A stretch of 64,000 nucleotides of DNA. Origin: Holophagaceae bacterium (lineage in GTDB: Bacteria; Acidobacteriota; Holophagae; Holophagales; Holophagaceae). The position numbers were made by a program, and so were the translations under genes. The number at the start of each line of letters is the position of its first letter. Position 1 is the first letter of the stretch. Below are positions 57,243-64,000 of this stretch, piece by piece. The notes under the pieces are model-generated. The model searched no databases, was not told the origin of the DNA, and saw nothing but the letters and a program-made list of their open reading frames with translations. The stretch spans positions 6,015-70,014 of the forward strand of contig JAFJUR010000003.1 of the NCBI GenBank assembly GCA_017859995.1. Direction: 5' to 3'.

Positions 57243-59060
57243 ATGGTCCCACCGAACCTGCCCCCTGGCCTGCCCCCTGCCTTGCCCCTCGCCATCCCGT
57301 CGTTCCTGGCCGGCCTGTTGGTGGCCCTGGCGGTTCTCGCCATCCTGGCCTACCGGCCGCTGCGGGATCGTGTGCTCAGCCTCGCGGGCCTCTTCGGCCT
57401 GGCGGCCTCCGCCGCCTGGATCACCTTCAGCGGCATCGCCGCGGCCTTCCTGCCGGGCACCCCGGCGCCGACCCTCCACCGCGCCGCCCTGCTCCTGGCC
57501 GGGCTTTGCCTGGTCATCTGGGACCGGGTGGTCTCCGGCCTCCTGGCGGCGTCGCCGGGGCCGCCCCGCCAGGCCCTGGTGCGGCGCGTCGCGGCCCAGG
57601 GCGCCCTGGCCGCAGCCTTGGCGGGCCTCCTTCCGTGGCGGCTCAGCCATGTCCTCGCGGAGACCCTGCTCGGCCTCCTGGCGCCGCTCCTGGCCCTCCT
57701 CACCCTGGCAGCGGGCCTCCGGGCGAGCCGCGAAGGCCTCCGGACTGCCCGGGCCCTGGTGCCCGCCGCCCTGGCCCTTCTGATCTGCTGCGCGTCGCTC
57801 TGGAGCATCGCCGTCGGCTGGGTCGGCGCGCCGCTGAGCCTCGCCATCCTGGAGGGGGCCCTGGTGGTGCTGGCCTTGGCCCTCGGCGGGGCGACCCTCG
57901 GCCACATGACGGACCTGCGTGAGGCCTCCGAGGCGGCCCAGACGGCCCAGGTCGCCGCCTCCGCCCGCCTGGCCCAGGACCTCGAAGCCCTGGTGGCCGA
58001 ACGCAACCAGCAGCTCTCCATCCGGCTCCGCGATCTCGGGGAGGCCCAGCGGGCCGCCGAGACCGCCAACCAGGGGCTGCAGCGGGCCCTGGAACAATTG
58101 GAAGAGGCGGCCTCCACGGACCGACTCACCGGAGCCTGGAACCGACGGCGCTTCGAGGAGGCGGCCCTCCCCGGGATCGCCCTCGCCCACCGCCGGCGAG
58201 AGCCCCTGTCCCTGCTCATGTTCGACCTGGATCACTTCAAGCGGGTCAACGACACCTACGGTCATGGCACCGGTGACGTCGTGCTGGTCGCCACTGCCGA
58301 GGCCGTGCGCGGCCAGCTCCGCGCCTCGGATGCGCTGGTCCGGTGGGGCGGCGAGGAGTTCCTGGTGATGGCCCCCGCCACCCGGCTGGACGGCGCCCTG
58401 GGCCTCGCCGAGAAGCTGCGCAAAGCGGTCGCCGCCATCCCCTTCCCCGGCGTGGGCCAGGTCACCATGAGCCTGGGGGTCGCCGAGTACCAGCGGGGCG
58501 AGAGCCTCGCCGCCTGGATCGAGCGCGCGGACCAGGCGCTTTACCAGGCGAAGGCAGGGGGCCGGAACTGCTCGGTGGCATCGGAATCCCTGGACGGGAC
58601 GGAGGAGGACCTCGTTCCGGAGCGCTCGCTCCTCGAGGTGGTCTGGGAGGAATCCTACGAAAGCGGCCACACCCTGATCGATGCCCAGCACCAGCGCCTC
58701 TTCCGGCTGGCCAGCGCCCTCATGGCCGTGCTCACGGAGCACCGGCCAGCCGCCGAGGTGGCCCTGCGGCTGGAGACCCTGCTCGCCCACACCGCCCAGC
58801 ACTTCCACGATGAGGAGGGCCTGCTGCGGGCGGCCCGCTATTCCGACCTGGCGGACCACGCCGCCATCCACGCGCTGCTCCTGGGCAAAGCACGGAAGCT
58901 CCAGGAGGAGGTCCAGGCCGGCCAGCTGGACTTCGGACGGTTGGTCACCTTCCTCGCGCTGGATCTGGTCCAGGGGCACCTCCTCACGGAGGACCGCACC
59001 TACTTCGCCCACCTGATTCCGGCCACCGGACCCGAGAACCCGCCGCTCGGCGGCGCCTGA
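57243..59060 (+). CDS. Membrane-bound diguanylate cyclase with C-terminal bacteriohemerythrin domain
   Basis: N-terminal TM helices; DLDHFK.VND..GH, RASD I-site, GGEEF; hemerythrin IDAQH, HF..EE, H...H, H....D. Confidence 0.88.
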   Translation: MVPPNLPPGLPPALPLAIPSFLAGLLVALAVLAILAYRPLRDRVLSLAGLFGLAASAAWITFSGIAAAFLPGTPAPTLHRAALLLAGLCLVIWDRVVSGLLAASPGPPRQALVRRVAAQGALAAALAGLLPWRLSHVLAETLLGLLAPLLALLTLAAGLRASREGLRTARALVPAALALLICCASLWSIAVGWVGAPLSLAILEGALVVLALALGGATLGHMTDLREASEAAQTAQVAASARLAQDLEALVAERNQQLSIRLRDLGEAQRAAETANQGLQRALEQLEEAASTDRLTGAWNRRRFEEAALPGIALAHRRREPLSLLMFDLDHFKRVNDTYGHGTGDVVLVATAEAVRGQLRASDALVRWGGEEFLVMAPATRLDGALGLAEKLRKAVAAIPFPGVGQVTMSLGVAEYQRGESLAAWIERADQALYQAKAGGRNCSVASESLDGTEEDLVPERSLLEVVWEESYESGHTLIDAQHQRLFRLASALMAVLTEHRPAAEVALRLETLLAHTAQHFHDEEGLLRAARYSDLADHAAIHALLLGKARKLQEEVQAGQLDFGRLVTFLALDLVQGHLLTEDRTYFAHLIPATGPENPPLGGA

Positions 59061-59117
59061 TCGCCGCCGGCGGCGGGCCCGGGGGGGCGCCGCGCGGCAT
59101 TCCGCGCCCTGGAGCCG

Positions 59118-60200
59118 TCAGGGTTCCGCCCGCGCCTCCAGCATCCGCACCGCGAAGGTGGCCAGCCAGTGCTCCCCTTCGTAGCTGCCGGAGGCGAGGT
59201 GGGGCAGCGAGGCCCGGGCGTGGCGGTCGGCGGCCCGCAGGAGCGCGCCGCGCCGGGGATCCTTCGCCCCGAAGGTGCGTGCGAGCGCCTGGAGCGCCCG
59301 GGCCCGGCTCAGGTTCAGCCCGTCGAGGTGGACGATCTTTGGATCGGTGCGGTCCGAGACCACCGCCGGCGCAAGGGTTCCCGGCAGGCCCGGCAGGAAG
59401 CCGTCCAGCCACCGGGTGAATCGCGCCTTGGGCAGCACCCGGGCCATGAGCGCCGCTTCCTCCAGGCAGGGCGACAGGAAGTCTTCCCCACCGGGCTCCC
59501 AGGCCAGGGGGCCTTGGCGGTCATCTCCAAACCACGCCGTCGACCGCGCTTCGATCAGGGCCTTGAGGGGGGCGTCCCCGGCGGCCTCGGCATAGTCCAG
59601 GGCCAGGTCCAGGCTGAACGCCGAATTGGGATGCACCCCTGTGCGGATCGGGTAGGTCTGCTTGGGCAAGAAGGCGCGGTAGGCCTCGGCCACGCGGTCC
59701 GCCAGGGGCTGCAGCGCCGCGGACCAGCGCCGGGCCTCGGGCGTGTCCCAGGTCTTCAGCTCCGCCGCCAGCTTGAGGAGCCAGGCCCAGCCGTAAGTCC
59801 GCTCGAAACTCCGGCGGCCCGGCTGGTCGAAATAGGCCACCTCCGCGGCCAGGGGGCCCGGGGCGAGATTCTCGTCGAGCACCGCGCGAATCTCGGCGGC
59901 CTTCGCCATGTTTGGATGCGTCCGCAGCAGGCGCGCCAGCATCCAGTGGCCGTGCACCGACGAATGCCAATCGAAGCAGCCGTAGAAGGCGGGATGCAGC
60001 GCCTTCGGGGACTTCACCTCCCCGGCGCCATTCATCACATGGTCCAGCTTGTTCGGGTATTCCTGCCGCGCGCATGTCAGCGCCAGCGTCGCGAAACGGT
60101 CCGCCGCCGCGTCCGTGAGCGCCAAATCAGCCTCCTGGGCCCGCCCGGCCGCCGCCGCAGCCACCAGCACCCCGACCAGCGTCAGCCTCGCCCACCCCAT
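59118..60200 (-). CDS. DUF2891 family secreted protein
   Basis: EYPNK, HPAFYGCFDWHSSVHGHW, FERTYGWAW, HLDGLNLSRA, YEGEHWL. Confidence 0.85.
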   Translation of the reverse strand: MGWARLTLVGVLVAAAAAGRAQEADLALTDAAADRFATLALTCARQEYPNKLDHVMNGAGEVKSPKALHPAFYGCFDWHSSVHGHWMLARLLRTHPNMAKAAEIRAVLDENLAPGPLAAEVAYFDQPGRRSFERTYGWAWLLKLAAELKTWDTPEARRWSAALQPLADRVAEAYRAFLPKQTYPIRTGVHPNSAFSLDLALDYAEAAGDAPLKALIEARSTAWFGDDRQGPLAWEPGGEDFLSPCLEEAALMARVLPKARFTRWLDGFLPGLPGTLAPAVVSDRTDPKIVHLDGLNLSRARALQALARTFGAKDPRRGALLRAADRHARASLPHLASGSYEGEHWLATFAVRMLEARAEP

Positions 60201-60257
60201 GGCACCCCCCGCGCAATGGCTGGATTCTATCGGCCGGTTTGCTAGAATGGGCGTTCC

Positions 60258-60347
60258 GGAGAGATGGCCGAGTGGTTGATGGCACCGCACTCGAAATGCG
60301 GAGACGGGGAAACCTGTTCGGGGGTTCGAATCCCTCTCTCTCCGCCA
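60258..60347 (+). tRNA. tRNA-Ser (anticodon CGA)
   Basis: GGAGAGA acceptor stem, anticodon arm CCGCA-CTCGAAA-TGCGG, long variable arm, GGTTCGAATCC, ends GCCA; TGcTAGAAT promoter just upstream. Confidence 0.96.
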
Positions 60348-60360
60348 GTGACCACATCCG

Positions 60361-60388
60361 AGCGCCTTCCCCCAAGGCGCTTTTTTTT
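60361..60388 (+). terminator. Intrinsic terminator after the tRNA
   Basis: AGCGCCTT-CCCCC-AAGGCGCT followed by a T-run. Confidence 0.85.
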
Positions 60389-60446
60389 GGGCTCCGTCGG
60401 GCCCATTCCGATCCCTTGGCTCCCCACGGGTTGAGCCTCCGTGGTT

Positions 60447-60480
60447 GTGATTAAAATCATATTGAGACTCATCCTCAATA
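60447..60480. promoter_or_regulatory. Candidate Fur box
   Basis: 19-bp ATTGAGACTCATCCTCAAT (60461-60479) plus adjacent TGATTAAAATCA, ahead of heme/iron uptake genes. Confidence 0.7.
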
Positions 60481-60552
60481 TCGTATTCTGGGTCCCACGC
60501 GGGCGCCCAGGGGGGCCTGCCCCTGATGGCAGTCGCCCACCGAGGAGGTCCG

Positions 60553-60714
60553 ATGATTCGCATTCGTGTTCCGGCCGGTGTTTTCCAGGCGCTGCTCCAG
60601 CGCGATTGGCGCACGCCTTTCACCGAGACGCAGGCTCCGTCCGCCTTCCAGGATCAGGTCGCCGGCCCGGTCCGGGAGCCCTTCCAGATCCGGGAGGCCC
60701 CCTGTGCCGAATGA
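60553..60714 (+). CDS. Small hypothetical protein heading the iron locus
   Basis: SD GAGGAGG at 60542-60548; stop overlaps the start of the next gene. Confidence 0.45.
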   Translation: MIRIRVPAGVFQALLQRDWRTPFTETQAPSAFQDQVAGPVREPFQIREAPCAE

Positions 60715-61780
60715 GGCGCAGTGGATCGCCTCCTTCCTGGAGGGGGTGAGACCTCAGGAGGCCCAGGGACTCTCCGACCTGCAGGCGCTGCAGCTGCGGG
60801 AGGATATCCGGCTGATGCCATTGCAGCGGGGTGACCGCGCCTTCCTGGAAGCCCTTCCGCAGCTCGGCTCGGCGGACTACACCACGGGGAACGCGTGCGT
60901 CTCCTGCACCCGGCGCGAGCAGGTCGAGGGAGTACTCACACTGAACGACGAGACCGCCCTGTTCGGAGGATTCGGCGGCATGCGGTGGCTGAACGCCTCC
61001 TGGCGACATTCTGTGGCGGTCCTGAGCCGAGGGAATGACTTCCGGAACGCCCCGCCCTGCCTCCTCCTCTTCGGTGAGGCCGGCGAGCTGGCCCATCACG
61101 TGGCCATTCCCGACCCGTCCGCCTGGGAGGCCTTCCTGGACCTGGTCTGCCGGTACCGCGGCTGCTGGACCTGCCTCCAGCACGGCGCCCCGCGACCCGA
61201 GGCTGTGCCACCTGGCGAATGCCCCGGCTGGTTGGTGCGAGAGGCCTGGCGGGAGGCCGGCTCCGACCGGGACCTCGACCTGCGGCTCGGAAAGCTCGGG
61301 CTGACCCGCTTGCTGGCGCTGCGAAGCATGGAGGGGCTTCACACTTCCCCCCTCCACCCGCAGGATCTTTCGAGCTTCCTCAGCCAGCTCGCCGCCGCGC
61401 GCCTCACGACGCAGGTGCGCCTCGGCAACCGGCACTGCCTGCAGGTGCTGGAAGCCCCCGTGGAGCGGCTCGAGATCGGCGCCCGGACCTGGGAGCTGCG
61501 GATGGGACCCACAACCCTCCGACTGAACCCGTCGACCCTGGACAGCGTCTGGCTGGTGATCCCCCCCTGGACCCAGGGGGAGCGGCCCCAGATCGAGTGC
61601 TACGGCAGGAACGGGGAATCGGTGCTGACCCTCGCCTGCCCCGCCACGCCCAGCCCCCTCGACCAGGCCGGATGGCAGCAGGCCCTGGGGCGCCTGGAGG
61701 CTCTGCCTGCCGGCAGGGACGCCGGCCGCCCTGAATCCTTGGCCGCCCCGGCCCGTGGCGGCCGGCGACGGGATTCCTGA
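60704..61780 (+). CDS. Divergent HemS/ChuS/HmuS family protein
   Basis: Aligns by eye to HemS: MRW..SW, LLLFGEAGELAHHV, LTRLLAL, LGNRHCLQV, IECYGRNGE; GTG start after GGAGG. Confidence 0.7.
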   Translation: MPNEAQWIASFLEGVRPQEAQGLSDLQALQLREDIRLMPLQRGDRAFLEALPQLGSADYTTGNACVSCTRREQVEGVLTLNDETALFGGFGGMRWLNASWRHSVAVLSRGNDFRNAPPCLLLFGEAGELAHHVAIPDPSAWEAFLDLVCRYRGCWTCLQHGAPRPEAVPPGECPGWLVREAWREAGSDRDLDLRLGKLGLTRLLALRSMEGLHTSPLHPQDLSSFLSQLAAARLTTQVRLGNRHCLQVLEAPVERLEIGARTWELRMGPTTLRLNPSTLDSVWLVIPPWTQGERPQIECYGRNGESVLTLACPATPSPLDQAGWQQALGRLEALPAGRDAGRPESLAAPARGGRRRDS

Positions 61781-61905
61781 CCCACCCCGCAGCACCCCGC
61801 ATTTCCTCCGCACGCCACCCGGCGGGCTCGACCGTTCCACCCCAACCACCCCTCGTCCCGGTGGGCCCCAGGCCCGCCCAGGATGCCCCTGCCCCGAGGA
61901 GCCCC

Positions 61906-64000
61906 ATGCGGCCTTCCCCCTTCTCCCATCGCTTCCGGAACCCGGGCCTCGCCGCCAGGCTCGGCTCGCTGACCCTGGCGCTGGCCGCCTCCACCCTCCA
62001 CCTGGGCCTGGCCGCCGCTCCGGTCCAGGCCGTGGAGTTCGCCCTCGCCCCACAGCCCCTGGCCCAGGCCGTGGCGGCCCTGGCCCGGCAGCTGGGCCTG
62101 CAGGTCACCGTGGATCCGAGCCTGCTTGAGGGCCGGGTGTCACCCGGCCTGAAGGGCCTGCTGACCCCCCAGGAAGCCCTACACCAGCTCCTGCAGGGGA
62201 CGGGCCTGGAAGCGCAGGTCGTGGACCGGCACGTGACCATTCTGAGGACCTCCGAGCAGGTCCTGAAGGAGGTCCGGGTGAAGGCCGGGGCCACCCGGGA
62301 AACCGCCACCAGCACGGTCCGCGGCTACCTCCCCCGCCGCTCGGTGACCGCCACCAAGACCGACATCCCGCTCGCCGAAACGCCCCAGGCCGTGTCCGTG
62401 GTCAGCCGCGAGCAGATGGAGGACCAGGGTTCGACTTCCCTCAATGACGCGCTGAACTACGCTTCCGGCGTCCGCTCGAACGCCTACGGCGTGGACAGCC
62501 GCGGCGACTGGGTCCGGGTGCGCGGAAGCGAGCCGTCCCAGTTTCTCGACGGACTTCAGCAGATCTTCGGATACAACAACAACACCCGGCCTGATCCCTA
62601 CTCCCTGGAGCGGGTCGAGGTCCTGCGCGGCCCCTCCTCGATGCTCTACGGCCAGGGCAGCACGGGCGGCGTGGTGAACCTCCAGAGCAAGCGGCCCCTG
62701 GCCGAGCGGCAGGCGGAGGTCGGACTCCAGCTCGGCAGCTTCAACCGCCGCCAGATCCAGGGCGACGCCACGGGCCCCCTGACCGATGACGGAACCTGGT
62801 CGTACCGAGTGGTGGCGCTGGCCCGGAAGAGCGACACCCAGGTGGATTTCGTGCCCGATGACCGCCTCATGGTCGCCCCGTCGCTGGCCTGGCGTCCGGA
62901 TGCCGACACCAGCCTGGTGGTGCAGGCCCACGTCCAGAAGGACACCACGGGGTCCAGCGCGACCTTCCTGCCCTGGTCCGGCACGGTGCTCCCCAATCCC
63001 AACGGCCAGATCCCCACGAGCCGCTTCGTCAGCGAGCCCGGCTTCGACGAATACATCATGCGGCGCGCGACCCTCGGCTACCTCTTCGAGCATCGCTTCG
63101 CCAACGGGTGGACGGTCCGGCAGAATCTCCGCTACTCCGCCAACAAGGGCAGCTACCAGTCCCTCTATCCGGCCAGCAATTTCATCGATCCCCAGAACCC
63201 TTACCTGGATCCGGACCAGCGCCTCATCAGCCGCTACATCTGGGTCAACAAGCGGGATGGCCATGGCCTCGTGGCGGACCAGTCCCTGGAAGGCACCCTG
63301 CGCACGGCGGCGGTGGAGCACCGGATCCTCTTTGGCCTGGACCACAGCCGGTACAGCGAGGAAGCCCAATCCGGTTTCGGCTTCAGCCCCAGCTTCGACC
63401 TCTACGCGCCCGAGTACGGCCACTTCACGCCGCCGGAACTCAGTCGGAACCCGGATGTGCTGCAGCGTCAGACGGGCGTCTACCTGCAGGACCACATGAA
63501 GCTCGGCAGCCGATGGTCCCTGCTCCTGGGGCTCCGGCATGACCGCCTCAGCAGCGAGCTGGAGGGCGCCACCACCGAGCGCGACCGCGCCACCACCCGG
63601 CGCCTCGCCCTGATGCACCACTTCGACCAGGGCTGGTCGCCATACGTGAGCTACAGCGAATCCTTCCAGCCCGTGGCCGGCACCAACTTCTACGGCCAGC
63701 GCTACAAGCCCCTGCGCGGCGAGCAGGTGGAGGCGGGTCTCAAGTTCCAGAGCCCCTCGGGCGCCACCCTGGTCAACGTCGCCTACTACGACCTGCGGGA
63801 GAAGAACCGCCAGGTCAACGACCCCGTCCAGCCCCTCAACACGCTCCAGGCTGGCGAGACGCGGAACCGCGGGTTCGAAGTCGAGGCCAAGACCCGGATC
63901 GGCAAGGCCTTCGAGCTGGTGGCGAACTTCGACCACACCGACCTCGATTCGGAATTGGAGGCCGTTCCCGAAAACCAGGGTTCCCTCTGGGGAAGGTGGC
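61906..64000 (+). CDS. TonB-dependent siderophore receptor (FhuA/FoxA-like) with N-terminal STN domain, partial
   Basis: Open frame to the window end; ATKTDIPLAETPQAVSVV, LERVEVLRGPSSMLYG, GGVVN..SKRP, PYVSYSESF. Confidence 0.92.
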   Translation, partial: MRPSPFSHRFRNPGLAARLGSLTLALAASTLHLGLAAAPVQAVEFALAPQPLAQAVAALARQLGLQVTVDPSLLEGRVSPGLKGLLTPQEALHQLLQGTGLEAQVVDRHVTILRTSEQVLKEVRVKAGATRETATSTVRGYLPRRSVTATKTDIPLAETPQAVSVVSREQMEDQGSTSLNDALNYASGVRSNAYGVDSRGDWVRVRGSEPSQFLDGLQQIFGYNNNTRPDPYSLERVEVLRGPSSMLYGQGSTGGVVNLQSKRPLAERQAEVGLQLGSFNRRQIQGDATGPLTDDGTWSYRVVALARKSDTQVDFVPDDRLMVAPSLAWRPDADTSLVVQAHVQKDTTGSSATFLPWSGTVLPNPNGQIPTSRFVSEPGFDEYIMRRATLGYLFEHRFANGWTVRQNLRYSANKGSYQSLYPASNFIDPQNPYLDPDQRLISRYIWVNKRDGHGLVADQSLEGTLRTAAVEHRILFGLDHSRYSEEAQSGFGFSPSFDLYAPEYGHFTPPELSRNPDVLQRQTGVYLQDHMKLGSRWSLLLGLRHDRLSSELEGATTERDRATTRRLALMHHFDQGWSPYVSYSESFQPVAGTNFYGQRYKPLRGEQVEAGLKFQSPSGATLVNVAYYDLREKNRQVNDPVQPLNTLQAGETRNRGFEVEAKTRIGKAFELVANFDHTDLDSELEAVPENQGSLWGRW

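Noticed and set aside
60258-60347. tRNA-Ser as a prophage or integrative element attachment site
   Set aside because: No integrase and no repeat of the tRNA 3' end were seen within the window.

Overview
GC-rich bacterial chromosome segment, mostly core and metabolic genes. Gene content and style (GVPG-repeat TonB, fused SecDF, TPR-bearing Ser/Thr kinase) suggest Acidobacteriota, probably Holophagae/Geothrix-like; this is an inference. Genes include aroB (partial), an M28-PDZ peptidase, a ThiE-AroK fusion, a five-gene tungsten aldehyde oxidoreductase (aor) operon, tgt-yajC-secDF, tonB-exbB-exbD-exbD, an EF-G paralog, thiolase plus FadN, MoxR, a Ser/Thr kinase, a NitT/TauT-like ABC pair, dacB, HD-GYP, carAB, tadA, a GGDEF-hemerythrin, tRNA-Ser(CGA) and a Fur-box iron locus (HemS-like gene plus a partial TonB-dependent receptor). 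The strongest unusual signal is a GxxExxY (PD-(D/E)xK nuclease-fold) gene inside the thiolase-fadN operon, bracketed by inverted arms of tandem CACAGATT units. Gene-less copies of these arms lie between carA and carB and downstream of carB, and variant copies lie in two other intergenic gaps. This looks like an autonomous/non-autonomous repeat-nuclease system. Other signals: a synonymously diverged 65-bp duplication of a gene 3' end, a zeta-toxin-like P-loop gene with a nested small ORF, an MgtL-like leader peptide, an 8-bp duplication frameshifting carB, a 10-residue deletion in AorB, and a HemS homolog that seems to lack its heme-ligating His. All calls were made by eye; no database searches were run.
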